This document shows positions 8,923 through 21,403 of a DNA stretch of 64,000 bases, in pieces (within the stretch, counting starts at the first letter, position 1; the number at the start of each line of letters is the position of its first letter). Made by a program: the position numbers and the translations under genes. Location: the NCBI RefSeq assembly GCF_024509055.1, contig NZ_JANINM010000385.1:67952-131951 (forward strand). The letters run 5' to 3'. The notes under the pieces are model-generated. The model did not search any database. It was given only the letters and a program-made list of their open reading frames with translations, and was not told the origin of the DNA. This DNA comes from Mesorhizobium sp. (GTDB lineage: Bacteria; Pseudomonadota; Alphaproteobacteria; Rhizobiales; Rhizobiaceae).

Positions 8923-9589
8923 AGACAACGTCCGGCTCGGTAGCCTGGTTCGCGACGGTCTGATCCCGCAGGGTTTCGCGGTCGATTGGGTCGAGACCGT
9001 CGAGGACGCCGAGCTGGCGATGAAGGTGGCGACATATGACCTGCTACTGGTCGACCTTGGCCTGCCCGACGGAGACGGCCTGGACATCGTCCGCCGCTCC
9101 CGTCGGGACAAGAATGCGACGCCGATCCTTGTCCTAACGGCGCGAGGTGGCCTCGACGACCGCGTGACCGGACTGGACGCGGGCGCTGACGACTATCTGG
9201 TGAAACCGTTCCAGATTCCCGAACTCGCTGCACGGTGCCGTGCCCTGCTGCGACGGCCCGGGGCGTCGCTCGGCACTCAGCTCGCCGCGGGCAACGTCGT
9301 ACTCGATTGTGCCTCACGGTCGGCCGAGGTGGGCGGCGCGGCGATCGAGGCGACGCCGCGTGAAATTAACCTGCTTGAGGTTCTGCTCCGCCGCGCCGGA
9401 CACGTCGTCGCCAAGCCGGCACTCGAGAATACGCTATATGCGATGGATGCGGAGGTAACGCCCAATGCGCTGGAAGCAGCGGTATCGCGGCTGCGCAAGC
9501 GACTGACCGCCGCCGGGGCGGACGTGCAGGTCCGCACCGTGCACGGCGTCGGCTATGCACTTTTTGCGCCGAGCGTATCCGGTGAGTAG
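8903..9589 (+). CDS. OmpR-family response regulator
   Basis: MRLLLIED, DLGLPDGDG, GADDYLVKPF, winged-helix VRTVHGVGY. Confidence 0.93.
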   Translation: MRLLLIEDNVRLGSLVRDGLIPQGFAVDWVETVEDAELAMKVATYDLLLVDLGLPDGDGLDIVRRSRRDKNATPILVLTARGGLDDRVTGLDAGADDYLVKPFQIPELAARCRALLRRPGASLGTQLAAGNVVLDCASRSAEVGGAAIEATPREINLLEVLLRRAGHVVAKPALENTLYAMDAEVTPNALEAAVSRLRKRLTAAGADVQVRTVHGVGYALFAPSVSGE

Positions 9590-10910
9590 GTCGGGCACCG
9601 TCCGGCCAAGGCGACGGCCCCCGACCCTGTTCCGACAGATCGCAGCGCGTCTGGCGGCGTTCACGCTGCTATTCGCGGCGCTCGACGTCGGGATCGTCGT
9701 CTTCACCTACAGTCGGCAGCCCGAATCTCTCGCGCAGGAACTGCTGACGCTCGAAGCCGCAAAGGCTCCGGCAGGTGGGGTTCTATCGCCGGATCTGCTG
9801 GCGGGGCCGCCGGGGGCCGAATCCTGGTCCGCGCGCTATGTCGAACCGGGATCGCCCGAACTCCGGCGGGTGGGTCAGGCCGGGATCGACGGTGCGTCGA
9901 CCCTGGTCGACTGGACGCGGCGCGAACAGACTCCTCACGGCTATCGGATATCGGGCGTCCGCGCGATCGATCGTGGCAACGAGCGGCGATGGCTGGCGAT
10001 GCAGTTCGAGGGCGACGGCATCCGTCCCTATGTGCCGGTGATCGTGAACGAGATCATTCAGCACGTTTTGCTACCGCTGATCCCGTTGTCGCTGTTGCTG
10101 CTACTGTTCAACGTCTTCGCCGTTCGGCGAGTACTCCAGCCGCTTCGCCATGCCGAGCGTGAAGTGGATGCGCTGGAACCCGACAACACTCTGCTTCGCC
10201 TTTCAGAGCCGAGTGAGCCGCGCGAGGTCAATACGCTCGTCAGTGCCGTCAACCGGGCGCTTGGCCGGCTCGATGCAGCGATGGCGACCCTGCGGGAGTT
10301 CACTGCCAATGCCGCGCACGAGTTGCGCACGCCGCTGTCGATCATGCAGCTGTCGCTCGACCAGCTCCCCGCAGGCAAGCAGCGGGACGAACTGCACGCG
10401 GATGCTCGGCACTTGACCCGTCTTGTCGAACAGATGCTCGATCTTGCCCAGGCCGACGCGCTGGCCGTCGATGGCCACCTTGCCATCGACCTCGCCGACA
10501 TCGGCCGAGACGTCGTGGCCGCGATGGCGCCAAAGGTGTTTGCCGCGCAGCGCGATCTACGTTTCGAGAGCTTAGGCGACACGCAGGCGATCGGACATCC
10601 CGAAGCGATTTTCCGCATCTATCGCAACCTGATCGACAACGCGCTGTCACACGCGCCTGGCGTGACGCCCATCGACGTAACCGCGGGACCGGGTCCACAG
10701 CTGGCGGTCCGTGATTACGGGCCGGGGATTGCGGAGGTCGACCTTCTTCACGTTTTCGACCGCTTCTGGCGCAAGGATCGCCGCAGCTCTAACGGAGCGG
10801 GCCTCGGCCTTGGCATTGTGCAGCGGTTGACCGAAGCGCATAATGGAACGGTCAGCGTTGAAAACGCAGCAGGTGGTGGCGCTCTGTTTCGAGTTCAGCT
10901 CAAGGCCTGA
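9582..10910 (+). CDS. Sensor histidine kinase (2 TM, HAMP, HisKA, HATPase)
   Basis: AAHELRTPL, NLIDNAL, DYGPGI, GAGLGL. Start taken as the GTG overlapping the regulator. Confidence 0.92.
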   Translation: MSRSGTVRPRRRPPTLFRQIAARLAAFTLLFAALDVGIVVFTYSRQPESLAQELLTLEAAKAPAGGVLSPDLLAGPPGAESWSARYVEPGSPELRRVGQAGIDGASTLVDWTRREQTPHGYRISGVRAIDRGNERRWLAMQFEGDGIRPYVPVIVNEIIQHVLLPLIPLSLLLLLFNVFAVRRVLQPLRHAEREVDALEPDNTLLRLSEPSEPREVNTLVSAVNRALGRLDAAMATLREFTANAAHELRTPLSIMQLSLDQLPAGKQRDELHADARHLTRLVEQMLDLAQADALAVDGHLAIDLADIGRDVVAAMAPKVFAAQRDLRFESLGDTQAIGHPEAIFRIYRNLIDNALSHAPGVTPIDVTAGPGPQLAVRDYGPGIAEVDLLHVFDRFWRKDRRSSNGAGLGLGIVQRLTEAHNGTVSVENAAGGGALFRVQLKA

Positions 10911-10936
10911 TTCCTAAATCATATGCGGCATTGCCT

Positions 10937-10954
10937 TGTCAGGTGTTCGTCAGG
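10937..10954 (+). promoter_or_regulatory. Direct-repeat box TGTCAGG-N5-GTCAGG, upstream of the VIT1 gene
   Basis: TGTCAGG-TGTTC-GTCAGG. Confidence 0.65.
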
Positions 10955-11074
10955 TTCGTGTCGCAACGCATCCAGCGTAGCGATACCACCCATGAACCGC
11001 CGGGCGGAGCCATATACAAACTAATTCCCGCCCAACCGGCAGCCTACTTGGTCCAGGATACTTTAGGAAAGCCA

Positions 11075-11785
11075 ATGACGACCGACGCCATCGACCATGC
11101 TCCGGGTGAACATCATCTGGTCCACCGCACCGGCTGGCTTCGCGCCGCGGTACTTGGCGCTAATGACGGCATCATATCGGTATCCAGTCTCATTGTCGGT
11201 GTCGCAGCAGCCCCCGGTGCTTCTGCGAGCACTGTTCTTATCGCCGGTGTGGCGGCCCTGGTCGGAGGTGCTCTAGCAATGGCCGCCGGCGAATATGTTT
11301 CGGTGAGCTCACAGGCGGATACAGAAAAGGCCGATCTGGCACGGGAAGCCGCTGAGCTGAAGCGGTCACCTGCGGCTGAAACACGGGAATTGGCGGCGAT
11401 CTATGAGAGCCGGGGGGTCGAACCACTCCTCGCTCATCGGGTTGCGGAGCAGATGATGGCGCATGATGCGCTTGGAGCACATCGCCGTGACGAGCTTGGC
11501 CTGGCCGATGACGGCGAATCACTGCCCCTGCAGGCAGCGGTGTCGTCTGCACTGGCGTTCGCCGCAGGGGCCATCCTGCCGGTGCTTGCAGCCCTAGCAC
11601 CGCATGGCGCCGTCCTTTATGTAGTGCCGGTAACAGCGCTCGTATTGCTCGCCCTGCTGGGCGCGCTCGGTGCCAGGGCAGGAGGCGCCCCTGCTGGCCG
11701 AGCCATGCTCCGGGTGGTCTTGCTCGGTGCCCTCGCCATGGGGATGACAGCGCTGATCGGCGCTCTTACCGGCACCGTGGTCTAA
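11075..11785 (+). CDS. VIT1/CCC1 family Fe/Mn transporter
   Basis: WLRAAVLGANDGIIS, MAAGEYVSVSSQAD, HRRDELG. Confidence 0.92.
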   Translation: MTTDAIDHAPGEHHLVHRTGWLRAAVLGANDGIISVSSLIVGVAAAPGASASTVLIAGVAALVGGALAMAAGEYVSVSSQADTEKADLAREAAELKRSPAAETRELAAIYESRGVEPLLAHRVAEQMMAHDALGAHRRDELGLADDGESLPLQAAVSSALAFAAGAILPVLAALAPHGAVLYVVPVTALVLLALLGALGARAGGAPAGRAMLRVVLLGALAMGMTALIGALTGTVV

Positions 11786-11887
11786 AACTGGCCAGTATTT
11801 GAATTCATCGCCACCTACGTCATTCGCCGTGACCGAGCGCCTCCACAGGGTGTAAGGTGGAAGCGCCCGGAACCGACCACAGATCGA

Positions 11888-14800
11888 TCACTCAGATGCT
11901 GGGGTAGCCGCCTTCGTCGAGTGATGCTCGATCCAGGCGTACAGGCTCGGGAGCAGCAGCAGCGTCAGGATCGTCGAAGTGATGATGCCGCCGATGACTA
12001 CGGTAGCGAGCGGACGCTGCACTTCTGCACCTGCCCCTGTCGCTATTGCCATCGGAATGAAGCCGACAGAGGCAACGAGTGCTGTCGACAGCACGGGACG
12101 CAAGCGGTCGTGCGCACCCTGCCGAACAGCGTCCTCGACAGGTAGCGGATCGCCCTCCCGGCCATCACGCAAGCTGTTGATATGGTCAATCAGGACGAGG
12201 CCGTTAAGCATTGCGATACCCGACAGCGCAATGAAACCGATCGCAGCGGTAATCGAGAACGGCATGCCACGAAGCCATAAGGCCAGCACGCCGCCCGTCA
12301 CCGCAAACGGTATTCCTGTATAGACAATTGCCGCCTCCCGGACGCTGCCAAGCGCTGCGTAGACCAACGCGAAGATCAGGATCAGTGCGGCGGGGACGAC
12401 AATCGACAGACGCTTCTGCGCTGCTTCCAACTGATGATACTGGCCGCCGAACTCAATCCGGTAACCGGGAGGCAGCTTCACCTGCCCGTCAATCGCAGCC
12501 TTTGCCTTCTGGACATAGCCTTCGAGATCGCTGGTCGACAGGTTGACCATCAACGCGGCACGACGATTGGCGTCGTCGTGGAGGATGGGCTCGACGATCC
12601 TTGTTTCCTGAAGGCGCGCAACGCGAGACAGGGGGACCATCCCATAATCGCCGACGCGCAAGGGCAAGGCCAGGATCGCCGAGGGATCAGCGCGCAGGCT
12701 CTCGGGCATACGGATGACGATCATGTGGCGGGCAGGACCATGAGGGATGAAGCCGACTTCCGCTCCGGCCAGCGCGTCCCGTATCGCCTCGTTTACGGCC
12801 TGGGTGCCAAGGCCGAGGCGCAACAGTGCTGCGTGATCGAGTTGAACGACGATGCTCTTCGGGCGGCCAGCCGTTTCGAATGCGACGCCTGCCGTGCCAG
12901 GCAGCTTCTCAAGAATCGCCTTGGCCTTTGTCGCTGCCTTTTCCAACGTGTCGTAATCGTCGCCAAAGACCTTGACCGACACATCGGCTCGAACGCCCTC
13001 CAGCATCTCGTTGAAGCGCATCTCGATCGGTTGGGCGAACTCGAAGTGTTGGCCTTTGTAGACTTGCTGAGCCACCTTCTGGATGCCGGCGACAAGCTCC
13101 TGCTTCGTTGTGGGCATGCCGTCGCCGGTCGGCCAGTCCTTCATCGGGCCGTAGAAGATGTAGAGGTCGTTCTGGTCGGGCGGCATCGGATCGGTCGCGA
13201 CCTCACTGGTGCCGATCCGCGAGAAGGTACGCGTGACCTGGGGATATGCGCGACGGATAGCGATCTCGGTCTGCTTCTCGATCGCCAGGCTCTGTTCGAG
13301 CGACATGCCGACCGGTCGGTACACCATCGCCGTGATCGCGCCCTCGTCGAGCCTGGGAGTGAATTGGGAGCCCAATGTCTTGAAGACGAGAAAGGTCGCC
13401 GCGAGCAGCGCAAGCGCGCCGATGGCGAGCAGGGCGGGATGGCCGAGCGCGCGTTCCAAAACCGGCGTGTAGGCACGTTCGGCGACGCCAACGAAGCCCT
13501 TGTGATGCTCCGTATCATCGCTGCCTGCCGGCGCGCGCAGGAGCCAGGCCGATAGCGCCGGGACAATCGTGAAGGTCCAGGCGAGCCCCGCAACGATCGC
13601 CAGCATCACCGCTTGAGCCATCGGCTGGAACAGCTTGCCCTCGACGCCACCGAGGCTGAGCACCGGGACGTAAACCAGCGCGATGATGGCGATGCCGAAG
13701 AACGTCGGGCGGGCAACCATGCGCGCAGCATGTGCGACCGTCTCCCGACGCTCTTCGCTGGTAAGGTCCTCACCCTTTTCACGCCGGCGAACGGCGAGAA
13801 GGCGCAAGCTGTTCTCGACCACCACGATCGCCCCGTCGACGATCAGGCCGAAGTCGAGCGCACCGAGGCTCATCAGATTTCCTGAGACGCCGATCGTCCG
13901 CATACCCGTTACGGTGACGAGGAAGGCGAGCGGAATGACGAGTGCCACGATCAATGCCGCGCGCCAATTGCCCAACACCAGGAGCAGGACAACGGCAACG
14001 AGAAGGGCACCTTCACCCAGATTGTGCTCGACAGTAGAAATCGTGCGTTCGACCAGGTCGGCACGGCTGTATTGACGATCGATCACCATACCCTTGGGAA
14101 TCGCGGCCTGGATGCCGGGCAGTGCCTGTTCGACGGCGACAGCAGTTTCGCGACTGTTCTGCCCGACCAGCATCATGATTGTGCCAAGGACGGTTTCGCG
14201 GCCGTTTTGCGTCGCCGCGCCCTGACGTGGGGCCGATGAAATCACGACATCGGCAAGGTCGCGTACCTGTATTGGAAGTACGCCGGCTGCAAACTTCACG
14301 GGGATGGCGCCAATCTGCGTCGCGTTCATCACCCGCGCATCGGTCCGAACCGTGAAACGTTCCGCACCGCGGCGAATGATCCCGCCGCCAGCGTTCTCGA
14401 CGTTCTTTGAAACAGCGGCCGCGAGCTCCCCCGCCGTAACACCGTGCATCGTCAACCGCACCGGATCCGGCTGGACGACGAACTGTTCCTCCAACCCGCC
14501 ATTCGTGTTGACGTCAGCGACGCCGGGGACGGCACGCATCATGGGGCGGACGGTATATTCCTGAGCCTCGTACAGCTCCATAAGCTGGCGCTGCTGGTCC
14601 ATCCCTGGTGGGGGACGGCGCCATTCAAGCGTGTAATAATAGATTTCCCCGAGACCGGTCGTGATGGGCGCCAGCTGCGGTGTACTGCCAGGCGGCAGCT
14701 GATTTTGGACGGCGGTCAGGCGTTCCGTAACGAGCTGGCGCGCTTTCAGCTGGTCGGTCCCGTCCTTGTAGAGAAGCGTGACCTGACTGAGGCCCGTCTT

Positions 14801-15055
14801 CGTCAGTGATCGCGTCTGGTCAAGACCGGGCTGCCCCCCCATCGCACGCTCGATCGGCTGCGTGACCAGCCGCTCGATCTCCTCCGGGGCCAGTGCCGGC
14901 ACCTGCGTATTGATCTGGACCTGGACCCCCGTGATGTCGGGAATGGCATCGATCTGCAGGTTCGCAAACGACCATAGACCGATCGTCGCGACCAACGCGG
15001 TGACCAGGGCGACCGCGAGCCGGTGGTGGGTGACGTAGCGGAGCCAACTGTTCAT
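11888..15055 (-). CDS. CusA/CzcA family heavy-metal RND efflux permease
   Basis: 1055 aa; DAIPDIT..QVQINT, LGEIYYY, NLMSLGALDFGLIVDGAIVVVEN, RLRPVL, GAEVQRPLATVVIGG. Confidence 0.95.
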   Translation of the reverse strand: MNSWLRYVTHHRLAVALVTALVATIGLWSFANLQIDAIPDITGVQVQINTQVPALAPEEIERLVTQPIERAMGGQPGLDQTRSLTKTGLSQVTLLYKDGTDQLKARQLVTERLTAVQNQLPPGSTPQLAPITTGLGEIYYYTLEWRRPPPGMDQQRQLMELYEAQEYTVRPMMRAVPGVADVNTNGGLEEQFVVQPDPVRLTMHGVTAGELAAAVSKNVENAGGGIIRRGAERFTVRTDARVMNATQIGAIPVKFAAGVLPIQVRDLADVVISSAPRQGAATQNGRETVLGTIMMLVGQNSRETAVAVEQALPGIQAAIPKGMVIDRQYSRADLVERTISTVEHNLGEGALLVAVVLLLVLGNWRAALIVALVIPLAFLVTVTGMRTIGVSGNLMSLGALDFGLIVDGAIVVVENSLRLLAVRRREKGEDLTSEERRETVAHAARMVARPTFFGIAIIALVYVPVLSLGGVEGKLFQPMAQAVMLAIVAGLAWTFTIVPALSAWLLRAPAGSDDTEHHKGFVGVAERAYTPVLERALGHPALLAIGALALLAATFLVFKTLGSQFTPRLDEGAITAMVYRPVGMSLEQSLAIEKQTEIAIRRAYPQVTRTFSRIGTSEVATDPMPPDQNDLYIFYGPMKDWPTGDGMPTTKQELVAGIQKVAQQVYKGQHFEFAQPIEMRFNEMLEGVRADVSVKVFGDDYDTLEKAATKAKAILEKLPGTAGVAFETAGRPKSIVVQLDHAALLRLGLGTQAVNEAIRDALAGAEVGFIPHGPARHMIVIRMPESLRADPSAILALPLRVGDYGMVPLSRVARLQETRIVEPILHDDANRRAALMVNLSTSDLEGYVQKAKAAIDGQVKLPPGYRIEFGGQYHQLEAAQKRLSIVVPAALILIFALVYAALGSVREAAIVYTGIPFAVTGGVLALWLRGMPFSITAAIGFIALSGIAMLNGLVLIDHINSLRDGREGDPLPVEDAVRQGAHDRLRPVLSTALVASVGFIPMAIATGAGAEVQRPLATVVIGGIITSTILTLLLLPSLYAWIEHHSTKAATPASE

Positions 15056-16308
15056 CGCGCGAGCTGCGTCCCGCCATTGAGGGCGCGCAACTGCAGAAGC
15101 GCTTCCAACGCTTCACGTCGGGTGTCGAGCACTGCGTTTACGGCGTCCATGTAGCTTTGCTGCATCTGGGTGTACGTCGTCAGTGGGATCGCGCCGAGCC
15201 GATAATTCCGGTCAGCGTCGGCAGCGGCTTCCGCGAAGCGCTTGGGGCTCTCGCCGTCCCATTTCGTCAGCGCCTCACGTTTCGCTTCATATTGAGCAGC
15301 TTGATCAAATACGTCGCGCTGAATTCGCCGCTCGGCGTTGATCAGCGTTGCATTAGCCTGCGCTTGTCTACCCTGCTCGATTGCGACGTCGCCCGCCTGC
15401 CGATTCCACAAGGGGAGTGTGGTCGACAAGCGGACGCCATAATTCGTTTCGCGAATGTCCGATCGCGCACGGTCGAAGTAGGGGCCAACGCTGATGATCG
15501 GGATACGCGCTTTCTTCGCCAGATCGACACGCAGTCCCTGCTGCTCGAACTGGGCGCGCAGCGACTTCAGTTCGAAGTTATTCTGCGCGGCGTTCGCGGC
15601 CAGAAGCGGGCCCGCGGGAAGTGCCGGGAGCGACATATCCGGACGAACGATGCGAATACGCGCAGCGAAGGGCGCTCCGCGTAGCTGATTCAGTTCGTAA
15701 AGGAATGAGTTCGCTTCGGCATCGGCCATCGCCGCTGACCGCTCTGCGCTGATCGCGCTGGCAACCAACGATGCCGCCTCGAGCTGCGGCGAGGGACCGG
15801 CGGGATCACGTGAAACGATGACACGGGCGAGCGTGCGCATCCGCCCCGCCACCTCACGCGCGGCGGCAGCCTTCTCGTCTGCCGCAAACAATCCATAGCC
15901 GATCGATCGGGCGCGTGCGGCGAGTGTTGCGTCGAATTGCTGCAAACCGATACGGGCGAGTGAAACCTGACGATCGGCAATCGCACGCCGCAATGCGATC
16001 CGGCCGCCGAACTCGATCGGCTGGACCACCGACACGGCATATGTCCGTCCCTCACCGGTTACCGCATTGTTGGCGAGGTTCTGCGCACGCCGCTGGCCGA
16101 ACTCGACCACAGCCTCCGGATCGGCCCAGCGTCCGGCCGCGTTCCGCTCGACGCCGGCGGTTTCGATCTGCCGCTGATAGAATTGCCGCTCGGGATTGTT
16201 CGCGATGACATCCTGGACCAAGGCATCGAGCGTAATCGAATTCGTCGTCTGGGCAGCCGCGGGGGTGGCTGCGATCAAAACCGAGCCGGCCAGAGCCAAG
16301 GCGCGCAT
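15052..16308 (-). CDS. TolC/CzcC family outer-membrane efflux protein
   Basis: Signal peptide, ANNPE, TLPLWNRQAG, YRLGAIP. Coupled to the RND gene. Confidence 0.88.
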   Translation of the reverse strand: MRALALAGSVLIAATPAAAQTTNSITLDALVQDVIANNPERQFYQRQIETAGVERNAAGRWADPEAVVEFGQRRAQNLANNAVTGEGRTYAVSVVQPIEFGGRIALRRAIADRQVSLARIGLQQFDATLAARARSIGYGLFAADEKAAAAREVAGRMRTLARVIVSRDPAGPSPQLEAASLVASAISAERSAAMADAEANSFLYELNQLRGAPFAARIRIVRPDMSLPALPAGPLLAANAAQNNFELKSLRAQFEQQGLRVDLAKKARIPIISVGPYFDRARSDIRETNYGVRLSTTLPLWNRQAGDVAIEQGRQAQANATLINAERRIQRDVFDQAAQYEAKREALTKWDGESPKRFAEAAADADRNYRLGAIPLTTYTQMQQSYMDAVNAVLDTRREALEALLQLRALNGGTQLAR

Positions 16309-16710
16309 AGTGGTCTCCCATGCCTACACCGAGGCAACGTCAATCGGGTTGGGTTCGACAGACGACTAATTTTGGGTCGATGGAATTACAATGCTGCTCC
16401 GCGTGCGAAGGCGTACCGTCATCCAGGCTCTTGCAAGCGCTGTAGGGGGCACTCCCTGACAGACTCTCGACGTCCACCCAGCCGCCCACAGAGGTCTAAT
16501 CGCGAAAACGTAGATCTTCCAGTTACCTAACGTTGGCTGTAGCCGCTTTGGATAGTAGGAAACAGCTATTTGCACTAGTGACGATTAGGTCAGCCATTCA
16601 TCCTCATAAGCATTCAAAACTAAACCCGATTTTAGAATCTCGGTGCCCCCAAACTCTTTCACCTCAATATCCTCCGGGTTAGGCCGGGAAAAAATCCGAA
16701 GCGAAAGGGT

Positions 16711-18987
<2,277 letters not shown>

Positions 18988-19508
18988 CATTGTGAGAAAT
19001 AATTTGGCAGAGAATCATGCCGATAATCACTGACCAGAAAAAACATGTCTACTCGGTTCAACCGGCGAGATTCTTACTCGTAAGAGAGTTTACTCACGAT
19101 TTCTACATAAATTATGTTGAATCATTTGATATAATATTTTAAAGTCTGATTGTTGAAATAAGCCAAGACCCAGTATCGAGCTGGCCACGCCTCCATACTG
19201 GGTCCAATTAAAGAATAAGTGAATCACCAAGCATTGATTTTTCAGCCGGTGTAAAGTACTGGTCAATATCGCCGCTGAGTGTCAGCCAGCGCACAGCTTT
19301 TTATCTCCGCCGAAGATTAGGCCCTTATGGTAAGGCGGCTTGCAAGAACACCACGGCCAGCCTACCGGTATAACCACCTGCTGGCCACCTCTCGTCTACC
19401 TCACCGAATGGGACGCGGAAGACGTCGGACGAGCAACCCGCTAGACAAATGAAGAAGCGACGCGCACCCGACGCTATTTGAACGCCGGGTGCGAACGATC
19501 GTCTGGCC

Positions 19509-19862
19509 TCAATAGTCGTCGTCGTAGCGCCACTGTTCCCGCTCGCGACGAACGCGCTCCCAGTAGAGCCGCCGCTGCTGCTCGGCACGCCAGCGCTGCA
19601 ACTGCTGGCGCCGCTGCCATTCCTGCCAGCGATAGTCCCGCTGCTGGTATTGGTAATAGGGCTGATACTGGGGCGAGCGGTAGGCGTAGTATCCGTTGGA
19701 CGAGTAATCGTCGTCGTAATCGTAGTCTTGGCCGCCATACCCGCCCGAGCCGAAGCTGAGGCTGAAGCCGCCGAAGGTCTGTGCCGACGCCGGCGCGGCG
19801 AGTGCGATCGTCGAAGCGGTAGCGATGCTCGCTGCCATCGCGAGCTTGCGAATGCTGAACAT
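19509..19862 (-). CDS. Small secreted Tyr/Gln/Arg-rich hypothetical protein
   Basis: Signal peptide ending APASA-Q; GAGGAAGG RBS; low-complexity mature part. Confidence 0.7.
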   Translation of the reverse strand: MFSIRKLAMAASIATASTIALAAPASAQTFGGFSLSFGSGGYGGQDYDYDDDYSSNGYYAYRSPQYQPYYQYQQRDYRWQEWQRRQQLQRWRAEQQRRLYWERVRREREQWRYDDDY

Positions 19863-19885
19863 GATGCCTTCCTCTCTAACGACTG

Positions 19886-20395
19886 TCAGCGGCAGTCATT
19901 GCCACTGCGTTCGATGGCCCGGCCGGCCAGCGCACCGCCGCCAGCGCCGAGGATCAAGCCGGTCGTGCTCGGTTGGTCATAGGGGCCACCACGTCCGATC
20001 TCGCGACCAAGCAATGCACCCGCAATCGCTCCGACGATCGTACCAGTGGTGCCCGAACGGCAGCGCTGACCCTGATAGTAGGTGCGGCGCTCGGCATAGG
20101 CACCGCGATCGGCGTAATACGGGCCCTGATCGTACTGATAGCTCTCGTAGCCATTGCGTGCGTAACGCTGGTCATACTGATACTGTGCGCGGCGCTGCCG
20201 CTCGGAGCGTTGGATTTGGCGTTGCCGCAGTTGGTTCTGATAGCGCGCGTCCTGGTCATAGTCGTACCCATCGCCCTGATATTGCTGGCGATAGCCGTCA
20301 CGGCCATAATAGTCCTGCGCCGAGGCTGGAGCCGCTGCAAAGCCCGCAACAGCAACGCTGGAAATGATAACGGCAGAAATTAACCTTTTGTCCAT
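19886..20395 (-). CDS. Glycine zipper 2TM domain secreted protein
   Basis: Signal peptide; C..GTTGTIVGAIAGALLGREI..GLILGAGGGALAGRAIE..C. Confidence 0.85.
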   Translation of the reverse strand: MDKRLISAVIISSVAVAGFAAAPASAQDYYGRDGYRQQYQGDGYDYDQDARYQNQLRQRQIQRSERQRRAQYQYDQRYARNGYESYQYDQGPYYADRGAYAERRTYYQGQRCRSGTTGTIVGAIAGALLGREIGRGGPYDQPSTTGLILGAGGGALAGRAIERSGNDCR

Positions 20396-20601
20396 CGGAG
20401 TTGTCCTCGCGGGCGATCCGCTGTTATTCTAATGTCTGATCCGTGTTTTAGTGTTGCTGAATACAATCGTTATCGATCATTCATCTTCGTTCCTGCTGCA
20501 TGGGTGAGCTACGATGCCTGTATGCGGCAGCTTCGAAAGGCTGCCTCTTGCGGAAACAGCTTCCCGAAACGAGCGAGTAATAGGACAGCGATCTATGCCA
20601 G

Positions 20602-20633
20602 ATCGCCAGAAAAACGACCGGTTTTCTGGCGAT
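20602..20633. promoter_or_regulatory. Intact res site I-like palindrome of resolvase 2
   Basis: ATCGCCAGAAAA-ACGACCGG-TTTTCTGGCGAT, 12-bp arms with central CGACCG, ~100 bp upstream of the resolvase. Confidence 0.65.
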
Positions 20634-20735
20634 TGCTGTTTTTGCCTCGTCCCCCCTGCCTTGTGGTCGGAATACCCGTTGCGGAAACCACCAGCACATT
20701 GCAGGGTGTCAGATATCTTTTCTGGCGGGGTGGCG

Positions 20736-21380
20736 ATGCTCATCGGATATGTGAGGGTGTCCAAGGCTGACGGATCGCAGACGCTGGCACCGCAGCGCGA
20801 TGCGCTGCTCGCCGCAGGCGTCGATGCCTCGCGCATTTATGAGGATCTCGCGTCGGGTCGTCATGATGCACGTCCCGGCCTGACTGCCTGTCTCAAGGCA
20901 TTGCAGCCCGGCAATACACTGGTGCTCTGGAAACTGGATCGCCTCGGACGCGACCTGAGGCATTTGGTCATCACCGCCGAGGCGCTGCGTGAGCGCGGCA
21001 TTGGGTTGAAGGTGCTGACCGGCGCCGGCGCGCAGATTGACACCACCACCGCCAACGGCCGCCTGGCCTTTGGCATCTTCGCCGCTTTTGCAGAGTTCGA
21101 GCGCGAGTTGATCGCCGAGCGCACACAGGCCGGCCTTGCCGCGGCACGCGCGCGGGGGCGCATGGGAGGGCGACCCCGCAAGATGGACAAGGCAACGCTG
21201 GCGATAGCGATGGCCGCCATGTCCGATCGCAACGCGATCGCAGCCGATGTCGCGCGCCGTCTCGGGATGACGACGACGACACTCTATATGTACGTGAACG
21301 GTGACGGCACGCCCAAGGCGCCGGGCCAGGCACTGCTCGACGGTGTGCCATACCGCAAAGAACGGCTGCAAGCCGCGTGA
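20736..21380 (+). CDS. Serine recombinase (resolvase) 2
   Basis: MLIGYVRVSKADGSQ, WKLDRLGRDL, FAEFERELIAERT, GGRPRK, HTH. Confidence 0.93.
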   Translation: MLIGYVRVSKADGSQTLAPQRDALLAAGVDASRIYEDLASGRHDARPGLTACLKALQPGNTLVLWKLDRLGRDLRHLVITAEALRERGIGLKVLTGAGAQIDTTTANGRLAFGIFAAFAEFERELIAERTQAGLAAARARGRMGGRPRKMDKATLAIAMAAMSDRNAIAADVARRLGMTTTTLYMYVNGDGTPKAPGQALLDGVPYRKERLQAA

Positions 21381-21403
21381 TAGATCACGCCGCGCCTCAG
21401 CGA

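Noticed and set aside
16578-16594. Fifth regulator box upstream of katG (GTGACG-N5-GTCAGC)
   Set aside because: Three mismatches to the consensus; it could be chance.
16310-16710. Metal-sensing riboswitch (yybP-ykoY or NiCo) upstream of tolC
   Set aside because: I could not match the conserved cores by eye; an Rfam scan would settle it.
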